From positions 160,001 to 224,000 of the forward strand of contig JAYFMW010000020.1 in NCBI GenBank assembly GCA_042408215.1: a stretch of DNA of 64,000 nucleotides. The letters are read 5' to 3'. This DNA is from Microcoleus sp. (GTDB taxonomy: Bacteria > Cyanobacteriota > Cyanobacteriia > Cyanobacteriales > Microcoleaceae). Positions 51,206 through 62,251 of the stretch are shown in pieces. Each line of letters opens with the position of its first letter. Position 1 is the stretch's first letter. The position numbers and the translations under genes were made by a program. The notes beneath the pieces are model-generated. The model saw nothing but the letters and a program-made list of their open reading frames with translations, was not told where the DNA came from and made no database searches.

Positions 51206-52450
51206 CTATTTAGCCAAGGATACAGCTTGCGCCACAGCCTGATCCAAAGTGGCTGCCAGGTGTACGGGCAACTGGCCCAAGCGCTCTTTTACAGAGTCTC
51301 GATCGCACCCAATCAGGCGCAGCACAACCTGAATCTGGCGGTTGGCGCGAGTTTTCCGTTCCAGATAGCCCGCCACCGCAGCGATCATTTCATCGCTCTT
51401 CGAGACACTGCCCAAGATATTCACCAGTAACACCTTGACGTTTTTCTCTCTCCCGACTAACTCCAGACCCAACTGTGCGCGATCGCGCAGGGCATCTGCT
51501 GCCTGATAGCGGTCTAGTGAACCCAGATTCACAAAATTAGCTGGTTTTCCTTTGGCGTGGGCCACAGCATCCAGAGTTGCCATCGTCAGACCCACTCCGT
51601 TGCACAAAATCCCGATATTCCCCTCTAGTTCTACCAAGTTCAGGGATTCGGAATTGGAGATTTGGGATTGAGAGTTGGGTTCAAACTGTGAGTCCGAGTG
51701 TAGCAGGTTCGGGTGGGAATTCTGGCGCGAGGCTGGGGCATAGGGACTTCTCCTTTCCCCTGGCAATCCGCTGCTTTGCCTGTTACCGGAGAGTACAGCC
51801 AAGTCTGGGTGCCGCCCCAAGGCATCGTCGTTGGCACTGACTTTGCCGTCTAAAGCCATTACCTCTCGCTTCGGACTGATGCCGAGAGGATTGATTTCTA
51901 CTAAATCTAAATCCTTTTCGACAAACAGCCGGTACATTTTTTCGACTATGGTACTCACCGACTGAATCAAGTCTCCCTGCAATCCCATTTTCAGCGTCAG
52001 ACGCCTCGCGTAGAAGGGGGAAAAGTCTTGGTCTACGACAACCTGCTGCAACTTGCTGCAACTTGCTGCATTCGCCCCTTCTACATTCATGCCTCCTTGT
52101 TTCGATCCCAAAAGTACGGGGCGTCGCGCCACGGGGTCTAGGAGTACCGCCAAGTACAATTCTTGGTCAGCGTTGTACTTAGCCTCTGCCAGTAAGACTT
52201 GGGGATACTCCGATTCGATCGGCAAATTAAAAATTGTTTGAGCAGCAGCCACTGCATCGATCGTGTTTTCCACAAACTTGATGCCGCCAGCCCTCCCCCG
52301 TCCGCCCGCCCGCACTTGCGACTTCAGTACAACTGGATAGGGTATTTTCAGCCCTTTGAGGTCTGCGGGATTGTCAATCCGCTGCGACGGCAAAACTGGG
52401 ATTGCCATCTGGCGAAATAAAGCTTTAGCTTGGTACTCTAACAAATCCAT
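51206..52450 (-). CDS. sucC: Succinyl-CoA synthetase beta subunit
   Basis: MDLLEYQAK, KSQV.AGGRG.AGG, EINPL, NG.GL.MATLD, PANF. Confidence 0.93.
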   Translation of the reverse strand: MDLLEYQAKALFRQMAIPVLPSQRIDNPADLKGLKIPYPVVLKSQVRAGGRGRAGGIKFVENTIDAVAAAQTIFNLPIESEYPQVLLAEAKYNADQELYLAVLLDPVARRPVLLGSKQGGMNVEGANAASCSKLQQVVVDQDFSPFYARRLTLKMGLQGDLIQSVSTIVEKMYRLFVEKDLDLVEINPLGISPKREVMALDGKVSANDDALGRHPDLAVLSGNRQSSGLPGERRSPYAPASRQNSHPNLLHSDSQFEPNSQSQISNSESLNLVELEGNIGILCNGVGLTMATLDAVAHAKGKPANFVNLGSLDRYQAADALRDRAQLGLELVGREKNVKVLLVNILGSVSKSDEMIAAVAGYLERKTRANRQIQVVLRLIGCDRDSVKERLGQLPVHLAATLDQAVAQAVSLAK

Positions 52451-52728
52451 TATCAGTAACGGGTAACGGGTATTTAGCAACAAGCAATTAGTAATATCAA
52501 GTCCGATTAATTGCTTATAAATCCTGTAGGGGCCAAGGGCATCGGGTCTGGTCGAACAAAAGTATTATAACTATTCAACCGGACCTGATATAAGTAGCCA
52601 TTAGTAATTGGTAATTTTTCAAGTTAAAGGTTAAAAATCCTGGATTTTAGCTTTGAATTTTCGACTTTTCTATTACCGATTACTGATTAGCGATTGGACG
52701 ATCGCCCGACTTCACTATTACCGATCAG

Positions 52729-54234
52729 CTAATCAGTGCCTCGATGGACGGTTTTGACCCATTTTAGCCGTTTGGGCCGCACGGAAATCCGAGCCGTCAC
52801 CGTCCCTACCAGCAGCCAGTGGAACATATACACAGTAGCCTGTATTGTTTCCAGCAAGGTGGCCAAAACTCTCTTAACTTCAAATTTGGTGGTTTCTTTG
52901 CGAGTGCGGCGCAAACCGACAAACATTCCCACCACAGACAAGGTGACAGTCATCACAGTTAGGGGACTGGCGATCGGCATCCGGCGCAGCACAATCGACA
53001 TCAAAAAGTCGGGCAGCGCTACTGTGGGCAAGAGATACTGAGTTACCCAAAATCCAAATAAATCCCAAGTTTTCCCAGTTCCCATCCGGTTGCGAAAAAT
53101 TAGTCGCCAGTAGTCAAGATAGCGCTGATAGCCACCTTCAGCCCAGCGATTGCGCTGGTGCCACAGAGCTTTAGCGTTAGTGACTCCTTCTTCTGACACG
53201 GCGGGAAAAGCTAAAAATTCAATGTCCCACTGGTCTAAGTGCAGCCTCACCGTCAAATCCAGGTCGTCGGTAATCGTCTCCTCGTTCCAGCCTCCGCAGC
53301 TTTCCAAGGCTGTGCGGCGCATAAATTGGCCATTACCGCGCAATTCTCCAATGCCGCCGATCGCCGTCCGCTGTTGCTGGAAAAAACTGTCGAGGGCCAT
53401 TTCTGCTGCTTGGCTGCGAGTCCAAAAATTCAGAGGGGCATTGGCGATCGCTTTTCTGACTTGCACTGCTCCCACCAGGGAGTTCTCGAACACCGGTAGC
53501 ACCCGTCGCAGCAAGTCCGCCGTCACTGTTGCGTCGGCATCAAATACCGCCACAAATTCCCCGCGAGTCAAGGGTAACACTTGATTGAGAGCACCCGACT
53601 TGCCGCCGCTGGCATTGGCCCCTCGGCGAAATACTTTGAGCTGCGGGTATTGTTTGGTTAGCTGTTCCAAGATCAACGGGGTGCTGTCAGTGCTATCATC
53701 GTCGATCGCCCAAAGTTCGTAACGGTCGATCGGATAATCCAAATTGCAGATGGATTTTACCAGTCTGGCAATTACCGCTTCCTCATTTTTCGCCGCCACC
53801 AGCAGCGACACGTAGGGCCAATCCTCTTGATTTTCATCCTCAAGAGGCGACGGTACGGGTTTGGGCGAAGCAAACACCACTCGACCTAGGTGCATCCACA
53901 GCAGTCCCGTCAACCCCCACATTACCCAGGCGCCCCAAGAAACCAAGTGCAGGGCGATCGTGCCGCCCCAGATCGCGCTCAGCACTACAGCCGCTTTGGC
54001 CCGGCGTCCCTGGTACAAATTTTGAGGAAAAGAGGCAGAACCGGGCACAGACACTGAAACTGGCAGCTCTGCTTTTGTTTCGATGTCAAACTCCCTGTCG
54101 CCAGGGGGTATCGCAAATACCTTGCCTTGATTCGACTTTGACATAAAACCCTTGTCCTCTTCTTGAGCTAAGTCAGGGATTTCCAAGTTAAGCTCGCTGC
54201 GAGCGTTGTTTTCTGGCCAAGAACTCTCCTGCAT
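52729..54234 (-). CDS. mgdA: GT2 glycosyltransferase, probable monoglucosyldiacylglycerol synthase
   Basis: GGKSGALN, FDAD, TDDLD, QRNRW; TM layout; divergent from ebsA. Confidence 0.75.
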   Translation of the reverse strand: MQESSWPENNARSELNLEIPDLAQEEDKGFMSKSNQGKVFAIPPGDREFDIETKAELPVSVSVPGSASFPQNLYQGRRAKAAVVLSAIWGGTIALHLVSWGAWVMWGLTGLLWMHLGRVVFASPKPVPSPLEDENQEDWPYVSLLVAAKNEEAVIARLVKSICNLDYPIDRYELWAIDDDSTDSTPLILEQLTKQYPQLKVFRRGANASGGKSGALNQVLPLTRGEFVAVFDADATVTADLLRRVLPVFENSLVGAVQVRKAIANAPLNFWTRSQAAEMALDSFFQQQRTAIGGIGELRGNGQFMRRTALESCGGWNEETITDDLDLTVRLHLDQWDIEFLAFPAVSEEGVTNAKALWHQRNRWAEGGYQRYLDYWRLIFRNRMGTGKTWDLFGFWVTQYLLPTVALPDFLMSIVLRRMPIASPLTVMTVTLSVVGMFVGLRRTRKETTKFEVKRVLATLLETIQATVYMFHWLLVGTVTARISVRPKRLKWVKTVHRGTD

Positions 54235-54478
54235 AGGTTACTTGATTCAACCACCAATAGTTTTTGATTTTAGAGATCAGTATTAACTTTATCAGTTTCT
54301 GGGCTTTTGTCTAAAGCCGACGGGAGCATCACCAGGGAGGGCCATCTGTGGTTACTGCCGGGGTAATCTGGCATCCGAGCGCGAGTATTGGGAATTACTT
54401 GTGCTTGCGCGATAGTTTTAAGATCTGCTAATTTTTTGAGGGGATCTCCAGAAAGTCTACACATTTGAGGTGGAAATA

Positions 54479-54853
54479 ATGTCTATTCCTCAACTCAAGC
54501 CAGCCGATGACAAAGAAGTAAAGGTCTATGCGCCTTTCTGTCAAGAGCCTCGGCGCAGGTTTTTGCCACACGCGATTGCGCTCTACAAGCTCAAAAGTTT
54601 GGAGGGGGCCAGAAAAATTGACGGTGGCGACGATGTGCCGTTTGTCGCTAGTTGGAATATCTCTTCGCTGCCGATCGATTTGACTCGCTGTCGGGTGTTA
54701 TTTGACGGCAATCCTGAACTCAGCTATGAAGTGACCATGCAAAGCTCTGAGTTTGTGAGTTACTTAATTGAGGTACTCCTGACTTTTCAGCGCACTCGTA
54801 CCGTCGATTTTTCTAAATCATTTTACCGGAAGCTGATGCGCATGGATGAGTGA
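54479..54853 (+). CDS. ebsA: Type IV pilus biogenesis protein EbsA
   Basis: LEG.RKI.GG..VPFVASW..S.LP.DLTRC...FDGN.ELSYEV; DFSKSFYRKL. Confidence 0.8.
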   Translation: MSIPQLKPADDKEVKVYAPFCQEPRRRFLPHAIALYKLKSLEGARKIDGGDDVPFVASWNISSLPIDLTRCRVLFDGNPELSYEVTMQSSEFVSYLIEVLLTFQRTRTVDFSKSFYRKLMRMDE

Positions 54854-55373
54854 TTTTGGGGCGGTTGATCTCCCCAGAGTCGGCAATTGACTGCCCTGTC
54901 TGTTGCCAATTACCAGGAAACAGACACGCCAAGTCTTGACTGAGCATTAGCCAAACCCAGAGCGGCGAACTTGCATGATTTCCACTGACATCTGAATTGC
55001 CAACTCTGGGGAACTCTGAGCCGTTGTGCTGCGATCGCCCACAGCACACCGTCAGATTTTGTTTAACTGTTGCACAGCATTAGCCTCGCGCCCAACTACT
55101 GCGTTTGAACGATCGCGCGTCGCACTAATAACTAATTAATAATCATCCAGATTTCGGTGTCACCGGAATTATATAATAGTTCAAAAAAACCGCTTTGAAA
55201 AAAACCTTTGAAACAAACATCTGAAAAAAATGCAGTCAATAAAATTGCGAACCAGAGGGTTGCTAACAGGTGAACAAATGTGGCAAGTAAAAGTTGGATG
55301 TACGTGAGGGTACAAAAGAGAGTATAATCATATTGCGAAATTGAGTCGCTGTGCGTTCATACTGTTGAATTAA

Positions 55374-56770
55374 GTGACATCTCCTACACCAACCTGAATA
55401 CAGGTACTTGTGCTGAGCGTAGCCGAAGTATGGTGTAGGCTTCCAAGACAATCCGGCTATCGCTTAGGAGACTCTTGGCTTTAAGAACGGAATGCCCTAC
55501 CGCTCTATTTTTGATATTAATAGCTGCATTATGGTCACGATCGAGACTACACCCACAATGAGGGCAGTCAGGCCAACGAATATGCAGTTTTTTAGGTACT
55601 TTCTCATCGCAATTGGAACAATCTTGTGAGGTGTTATGGGCCCTTACTGGTATCACTAACTTTCCCAGCATTTACGGCTTTGTTTGCTAATATTGACAGA
55701 AAGTTTGACCACCCAGCATCCAGCACAGATTTAGCCAATCTTGTACGAGCCAGACCTTTGATGTTTAAATCTTCATGAGCAACTACATCGTATTTTGATA
55801 GCAAATAATTAGCTGTATTGAAATGGAAATCTTTACGTTGAGCGTCAACTTTCTGATGTTGACACCCTAGTTGTTTAACTGCTTTATGTCTGCGGTTACT
55901 CCCTTTTTTACGCCGTGATACCCGTTTTTGGATTACCTTCAAACGTTTTTGCGCTTGACGATAATGTTGAGGAATAGCTACAGTTTCTCCCTCAGCAGTT
56001 GTTAAGAATTCATTCAATCCCAGGTCAATCCCAGTAATTGCATCTGGATGAAAATCCGGCTTAATTTCGGGAACAGTCTGGTCTTCTAGTGAAACGGTAA
56101 TGTAATATCCATCAGCTTTTTTAGTAACAGAAGCTGTTTTAATCTTGAATCCATCCGGTATTTGACGATGTAGAATTACTTTAACTTTTCCCAACATCGG
56201 CAAGTTAACCAAGTTGCCCTGTAAACAAGCATCTTTCATTTGGGGATAGGTAAAGGTGCGATAACGACTACGAGGTTTAAATCGTGGTCTACCGCTGCGT
56301 TTACCATTGCTATCACCTTTGAGAAATCGGTCAAATGTTACCTTAACTCGCTTGACTACATCTTGGAGAACTTGAGAGTAAATCTCGCTATACCAAGGAC
56401 GAGTTTTTTTCAGTTGAGGTCAGGTCTTTTTCTGAGAAAAATAGTCGGGATGAACCCGTAATTCAGGCAAGTGACAAATAAGAGGACAAGCATTGATAGC
56501 ACAGCGATTTTGTTCATACCAGTTAAATCTATCCGCCAACAAATAGTTATACTGGGCGCACAGCATGGATAACCATCTGTCAAGCTCAGTAACTTGCTGC
56601 TTTGTGGGACGTAGTTTATACTGGTAGGCTGTTCTCACTTACTTGCTGTTTGGTCTTACTATTTGAGTATACAAAGATTTGGTCAACTTCGTACCTAGGT
56701 TGGCCGGTCTATCCATCCCAACACCAAGCGGATTACCGCTGGCTGTGGGGATTCCGACGCAGAAAGCTAA
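55374..56770 (-). mobile_element. IS200/IS605-family (IS1341-like) TnpB-only element
   Basis: Right end GAGATGTCAC with hairpin; hairpin-bearing left end near 56700-56770 (exact boundary uncertain). Confidence 0.8.
55384..56638 (-). pseudogene. tnpB: TnpB RNA-guided endonuclease, disrupted
   Basis: [32 protein letters not shown]; in-frame TGA at 56420-56422 and a frameshift near 55665. Confidence 0.92.
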
Positions 56771-57884
56771 ATTTATTAAAATAGACAGGTGCAAATTGAG
56801 GAGTGAAAGCGTACCGAAATTGACTAAATATTTACTGATCGGTTCCACAAAAGCTTACAGCGGCAAGTCCGCGATCGCCCTGGGGATGGCACTCGGACTC
56901 CGATCAAAAGGAGTGGCCATCGCCTACGGCAAACCTCTGGGAACTTGTTTTAGCTCCGATGTAGCAGGTGGCGAGGAGGAGGACGTGCGGTTCGCGGTAG
57001 AGACGCTGAAGCTCAAAGATAGCCAGATACCGTCAACCCTGTTGTCTTTGGACGCAGAGACGGTTCACAAGCGGCTGCTAGGAGAAGACAAGACAGATTA
57101 CCGCAGGGATCTAGCGGCATATTTGGAAGAGCCCTGCGGAGACTTAGTGTTGTTAGAAGGCCCCGCTAATTTGGAGGAAGGCAGTCTGTTTGACTTGTCT
57201 TTACCTCAAGTAGCCGAGGCAGTTGATGCTTCTGTGCTGCTGGTGACTCGCCCGATGGACCTTTATATAGACGATTTGCTGTCGGCTAAGCAGCGTTTGG
57301 GTTCCCGTTTGCTGGGTGTCGTCCTCAACGACGTTCCCTCGGACAAACTCGAATCTATAACCACCACTGTGCGACCTTTTCTGGAAGCAAAAGGGATTCC
57401 AGTCCTGGGAATGCTGCCCAGAAGCGCTTTGCTACGCAGTGTCAGCGTCAAAGAACTGGTGTACCAATTGAAAGCTGAGGTGCTCTGTCGCCCTGACCGT
57501 TTGGGATTGTTTGTGGAAACCTTGACAATTGGCGCGATGAATGTTAGTTCGGCTCTGAAGTATTTCCGCAAAGCCAGAAATATGGCAGTGGTGACAGGGG
57601 GCGATCGCACGGACATTCAGCTAGCGGCTCTGGAAAGCTCGACTCAGTGCTTAATTCTGACGGGACACTTGCCTCCGTCTCCCCTGGTGATCGGCAGGGC
57701 AGAAGAAGTGGAAATTCCAGTTTTGTCGGTTGATTTGGATACCTTAACCACGGTGGAAATTATCGACAGCACCTTTGGCAGCGTGCGCCTGCACGAGACG
57801 ATTAAGGTGGAATGCGTGACTCAGCTAATGGCAGAGCATTTTGACATGGATGGAATGCTCGCCTCCTTGGGTATGGGCGATTGA
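56679..57884 (+). CDS. Phosphotransacetylase-family (AAA_26 plus DRTGG) protein; true start probably near 56820
   Basis: YSGKS, YGKPLG, LLEG, IGAM, VVTGGDRTDIQ. Confidence 0.88.
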   Translation: MVNFVPRLAGLSIPTPSGLPLAVGIPTQKAKFIKIDRCKLRSESVPKLTKYLLIGSTKAYSGKSAIALGMALGLRSKGVAIAYGKPLGTCFSSDVAGGEEEDVRFAVETLKLKDSQIPSTLLSLDAETVHKRLLGEDKTDYRRDLAAYLEEPCGDLVLLEGPANLEEGSLFDLSLPQVAEAVDASVLLVTRPMDLYIDDLLSAKQRLGSRLLGVVLNDVPSDKLESITTTVRPFLEAKGIPVLGMLPRSALLRSVSVKELVYQLKAEVLCRPDRLGLFVETLTIGAMNVSSALKYFRKARNMAVVTGGDRTDIQLAALESSTQCLILTGHLPPSPLVIGRAEEVEIPVLSVDLDTLTTVEIIDSTFGSVRLHETIKVECVTQLMAEHFDMDGMLASLGMGD

Positions 57885-58127
57885 GTCCGTAAGGAAGGAA
57901 GTTCGGCAACGGATTCGCTCCACGGATGTAACGGATGTCAGGAAGACTGAAGTTGGAAGAAGGAAGAATCAAAAATTCTGCCTTCTTCCGACCTGCTTCT
58001 GACTTGAGGCTCTCCCCATCCGTAAGGCCGATCGAGTAAATCTGCAATTCTTAACTTCTTTTTGGCGACAATAGCTACTCAGTCTGCTAAAATCCACAAC
58101 GTAGTTTTATTTAATTTAATAAATTCT

Positions 58128-58631
58128 TTGAGTCAATCAATTGAGCTACCCAGAGTTGATGATTTTTTACAAGAACTTGCGGCAATCCAGCAAACCAGCT
58201 CCAAGCGGATTGCTCTATTGGGTTCTCGCCATGTTCCCATTACCCACCAGCAGCTAATTGAGATGCTGAGCTACGCCCTAGTTCTGTCCGGCAATCAGCT
58301 CATAACTTCTGGCGCTACAGGCACCAATTCAGCCGCAATTCGGGGGGCGATGCGAGCAGATCCTAATCTGCTGACAGTGATTTTGCCACAAAGCATGAGC
58401 CGCCAGCCGCGAGATTCTCGCGAGCAGCTCGAACAAGTGATACATTTGGTAGAAAATCCCAAAAATGACAGTTTGTCTCTCCCGGAAGCAAGCGCCCTGT
58501 GCAATCAGGAGATTATTTCTCGGTGTCAGCAACTGCTCTGTTTTGCTTTTCACGAAAGTCACACTTTGCTGAAAACTTGTCAGGATGCCGAGGAACAGCG
58601 CAAGGTGGTTACTCTGTTCTATTTTGATTGA
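58128..58631 (+). CDS. DprA/Smf-like SLOG-fold protein
   Basis: IALLGSRH, TSGATGTN, CNQEII, FAFHES. Confidence 0.75.
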   Translation: MSQSIELPRVDDFLQELAAIQQTSSKRIALLGSRHVPITHQQLIEMLSYALVLSGNQLITSGATGTNSAAIRGAMRADPNLLTVILPQSMSRQPRDSREQLEQVIHLVENPKNDSLSLPEASALCNQEIISRCQQLLCFAFHESHTLLKTCQDAEEQRKVVTLFYFD

Positions 58632-58646
58632 AATGCGAAGGGGATT

Positions 58647-59063
58647 ATGGTCTTGGGATTGCCTGTGTCGGCTATTCTGCTTGATTGTATTGCTGCTGCT
58701 GCCGCGCTGGTTTACGCACCGTTTTTGGTGGTTGCCTACGCCCGCTTGCAGCTAGGTTACGATCGAGCAGCGCCCCGCGCTATGTTTGATAAATTGCCTG
58801 CTTACGCTCAACGGGCTACTTGGGCTCACCAGAATTCGTTTGAGACGTTTATGCTGTTTTCAGCGGCGGCTTTGATGGCTTTTGTGACGGGGGTAGATGC
58901 GGATGTGGCTGGTTGGGCTGCGATCGCTTTTACGATCGCCCGGTTGTTGTTTTCGGTTTTCTATATCCTGAATGTACCACTGGGGCGATCGCTGATGTTT
59001 GCGATTAGTTCTTCTTGCACTGTTAGTTTATTTTATTTCAGTTTGATGACTGTTAATAGCTAA
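58647..59063 (+). CDS. MAPEG family membrane protein
   Basis: RATWAHQNSFE; AR..F..FYI. Confidence 0.88.
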   Translation: MVLGLPVSAILLDCIAAAAALVYAPFLVVAYARLQLGYDRAAPRAMFDKLPAYAQRATWAHQNSFETFMLFSAAALMAFVTGVDADVAGWAAIAFTIARLLFSVFYILNVPLGRSLMFAISSSCTVSLFYFSLMTVNS

Positions 59064-59064
59064 T

Positions 59065-59220
59065 AGTCATTAGTTATTAGTCATTAGTCATTAGTCATTA
59101 GTTCTTGGTTATTTGTTGCTTGTTATTTGTTAATTATAACGATCGATGACTAATGACCAATGACTAATGACTAATGACCAATGACCAATGCCCAATTACC
59201 CATTACCCATTACCCATTAT
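59065..59220. repeat. STRR tracts in opposite orientations (TAGTCAT then ATGACTA/ATGACCA)
   Basis: Heptamer tandem repeats. Confidence 0.8.
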
Positions 59221-59226
59221 CATTTT

Positions 59227-59718
59227 ATGGCCGCCAGTTATTCATTTGATATAGTCAGCGATTTCGATCGGCAAGAATTAGTTAATGCTGTTGACCAAAC
59301 AACGCGGGAAATTCAAAGCCGTTACGACTTGAAAGATACCAAAACCACTGTGGAATTAGGCGCTGAAGCAATTACTGTCAATACCGACAGTGAATTTACT
59401 CTCGACGCGATTCATACTGTTTTGCAAACTAAAGCCGCCAAGCGCAATTTGTCTCTGAAAATTTTTGATTATGGCAAAATAGAAGCTGCTAGCGGCACTA
59501 GAGTGCGCCAAGAAATCAAACTAAAAAAAGGAATTGACCAGGAAATCGCCAAAAAAATCACTAAATTAATTCGAGATGAGTTTAAGAAGATTCAAGGCTC
59601 GATTCAAGGTGATGCAGTGCGGGTTTCTGCCAAGGATAAGGATGATTTGCAGTTGGTAATTCAACGGTTAAAACAAGAAGATTATCCGGTGGCTTTGCAA
59701 TTTACCAATTACAGGTAA
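59227..59718 (+). CDS. yajQ: YajQ family nucleotide/c-di-GMP-binding protein
   Basis: [27 protein letters not shown]. Confidence 0.93.
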   Translation: MAASYSFDIVSDFDRQELVNAVDQTTREIQSRYDLKDTKTTVELGAEAITVNTDSEFTLDAIHTVLQTKAAKRNLSLKIFDYGKIEAASGTRVRQEIKLKKGIDQEIAKKITKLIRDEFKKIQGSIQGDAVRVSAKDKDDLQLVIQRLKQEDYPVALQFTNYR

Positions 59719-59765
59719 AATCAGGTAAAATTTTGAAAGCTAAGTCTTGGATTCCCGGTGGTGCG

Positions 59766-61385
59766 TTAGATATCTAAACCGATGACTGTTAAATCGGGAG
59801 GATGTTCGACAACAAACTGATAATACAATTCTTGCTTCGCCTGTGGCGGCAGAGAGATTTCCCATTCCAGTAGTCCCATTTCACCTACAACTATCTTAGG
59901 ATTAGTCAGAGTCGATCGCACTTTAATTTGCTCATTCCGGCTGACCGGCAATTGCTCTCTCAGTGTCAGGTGTACCTGCACCTGCTGCAAGTTTGTCACA
60001 TTTAAGCGATAAGCGTAACTCGTGCGCCGCTGATGGCCGATCATTTTTTTATCTACTTGTCTTTCCACTAAATCGCGCTCTATTTTTAACCCTTCATCTA
60101 TTCCTAAATTCAGTTTATATTCTTGGCCGGGGGAAACATTTTCTAACTGCACAGTGCCGACAAAAGTGTTGTCGCGAAAGATATTTGCTTTACCAGGAAG
60201 CAGAGTAGCACCTGTCAGCGGATTGACAACAACTGCTTGCAAATAGGCAAAACTGACTAAACGTGGAACGGCGATATATTTAGGTTTAGAGGGATAATTA
60301 TCGCTGAAAATCGTAACTTTATGCCTCGTGCTGTCGCTGGGAATATTGGTATTTCCGCCTATTTGAAATGAGACTGTGCCGCCTTCTCTGGATACTTGAG
60401 CTGTTGCTATTTCAGCTTCTATGCGCCGTCCTCCACCGCGGAATGAATTGCCTGCATAACCTTCTTCTAGGAGTTCTTCTAGGTCGAAGAAATCATCCTC
60501 TGATGAACCCCGGCCAGCGGGTTCCTTTAACTCGAATATCTCGATATACCAAGGCTTTAGTTGTGGTGGGAGACTTCCCAATCCGGGTTTAGCTGTAGAT
60601 AATGTCAGCGCTACTCCTGTCCAATCTTCGCCTGTATTTTGTTTGACATCGGCTAAGTAATGGAGATTAATTTGGTTGTTGGTGGTATTGACTCGCAAGT
60701 CGTAAAGGGGAGTCCAAGATGCTCGCTTTACTACATAGGAAAGTTCGAGATCAAAGTTGCCGGTGCCGCTTGGTTCGATGGCAACAATGATGTTAAAACT
60801 TTGCTGACAATGGGAAGTCCTTACTTGGTGTAACTTATGCTTTAAAATTTGTATTTGAGTGTCTAATTCGTGCTGTTGTCTTTCATGTTGCGCGATCGCA
60901 CTTACATATTTTAGGTAATTGGTTCCTAAAAAGTTGAGCATTTCGCCAGTTTCGTTTAAACCTACCTGCTGTTTGGCGATGCTGCGGGAAAAGAAACGGA
61001 CGCTTTTTTCGCTTAAATCTTCGACAAATTTGAGTTGAATTCTTCGGGCATCTAACTTGTCTTTTATTGCCCGTTTTTGGGTTTCTAATTCTTGGATCTG
61101 TTGGGTTAATTCGGCGGTGCGATCGGCTACAGGTTCTCTGCTAAACACTGTTTTGCTACGCACTCCCAGCAATCGCACTGCAACTGTACCCGCACCCGTA
61201 GCCCTGACTGACTCTGGTTCCAGGGTTGCGGGGAGAGATGCGATCGCCAATTCTCGCTCGTTTCCCGTCAAAGCCACCGTGCCGCGGCGCGTCACCAAAG
61301 CGCGATCGGTATAAACCGTAACTTCGCAGATGCGAGTATCCACTGTTTTAAGTGTATCTAAATTAGGCGTTTCTGAATCGGTCAT
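59766..61385 (-). CDS. DUF4140/DUF4139 (MuiA-like) protein
   Basis: VTVYTDRALVTR, ASW.PLYDLR, QNTGEDW, LSTA, EQLPVS. Confidence 0.85.
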   Translation of the reverse strand: MTDSETPNLDTLKTVDTRICEVTVYTDRALVTRRGTVALTGNERELAIASLPATLEPESVRATGAGTVAVRLLGVRSKTVFSREPVADRTAELTQQIQELETQKRAIKDKLDARRIQLKFVEDLSEKSVRFFSRSIAKQQVGLNETGEMLNFLGTNYLKYVSAIAQHERQQHELDTQIQILKHKLHQVRTSHCQQSFNIIVAIEPSGTGNFDLELSYVVKRASWTPLYDLRVNTTNNQINLHYLADVKQNTGEDWTGVALTLSTAKPGLGSLPPQLKPWYIEIFELKEPAGRGSSEDDFFDLEELLEEGYAGNSFRGGGRRIEAEIATAQVSREGGTVSFQIGGNTNIPSDSTRHKVTIFSDNYPSKPKYIAVPRLVSFAYLQAVVVNPLTGATLLPGKANIFRDNTFVGTVQLENVSPGQEYKLNLGIDEGLKIERDLVERQVDKKMIGHQRRTSYAYRLNVTNLQQVQVHLTLREQLPVSRNEQIKVRSTLTNPKIVVGEMGLLEWEISLPPQAKQELYYQFVVEHPPDLTVIGLDI

Positions 61386-61448
61386 TGTCAGTTGCTCCTA
61401 TTTAATCACCGTTTAGTCGATCGAGCATTTTAAAAAGTTGTTAAACAT

Positions 61449-62069
61449 TTAATTTTCCTGATTATTCATCCCCTTACAAAACTCTTCCAGCGCATCCAAA
61501 GGCGAAGCAAACAAAATGCAGCGTTTCAGCAAAGACAAGTCCAACTCCGGCAGTATTTCGCTGCTAATAATGCGCTCATAACCCTGTTCTCGCAAGTGAT
61601 ATAATTCAAGTGTGCCGTCTTCCCAAAACCAGACTTCCGGGACACACATCAGTCGGTATTTCTGAAGTTTAATCGGACTACCGCTAGTAATAACTACCTC
61701 AATACACAAATCTGGAACATCTTTAATAGTTCCGAAACAATAAGACAAATCTGCTTGATACTCGACTTGATCTTCCACAATCTGACTGTAAGTACCGCTG
61801 GGAAAAAATACAATTTTTCTTTGCAGAAAATACTGTCCCATTAGCAAGCCCATCAAACACCTGATCGATTCATGCAACCTTCCAGTACCCACAATTTCTA
61901 AAACTCCATCACAATAAAACAAGCGTACATTGGGAACGTCTTCAAAGCTAGCTTGAATTGCCTTGAATTGATGCCATGTCAAACCGCGCCAAGTGAAACG
62001 CTGTTCGACTGCGGGAGAAGTTGTTGGATTGTCTACAGTTTGAACCATGACTGTTTTATTGATTTTCAA
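61449..62069 (-). CDS. Uma2 family PD-(D/E)xK endonuclease
   Basis: LFY.DG.LEI, ADLSY, PDLCIEV, Y....VPEVWFW. Confidence 0.88.
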   Translation of the reverse strand: MKINKTVMVQTVDNPTTSPAVEQRFTWRGLTWHQFKAIQASFEDVPNVRLFYCDGVLEIVGTGRLHESIRCLMGLLMGQYFLQRKIVFFPSGTYSQIVEDQVEYQADLSYCFGTIKDVPDLCIEVVITSGSPIKLQKYRLMCVPEVWFWEDGTLELYHLREQGYERIISSEILPELDLSLLKRCILFASPLDALEEFCKGMNNQEN

Positions 62070-62251
62070 AATGGTAGCTTAGGGCGGGGTCGGAGGGCGG
62101 GTTTATGCGATCGTTAATTGTAGACATGGGTGGTCAGAAACCGGGTTTTTTGCGAGAAGAGGCATCACAGCCCGCAGATTCGGTAAAAACCCGGTTTCTT
62201 TGGTTTTGATGGGTAGTTCTCGTTGGTAAAACCCACCCCTACAGTTTAATG

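Noticed and set aside
54860..55370. Possible ncRNA in a 500-bp gap after ebsA
   Set aside because: No recognisable RNA family or convincing structure by eye
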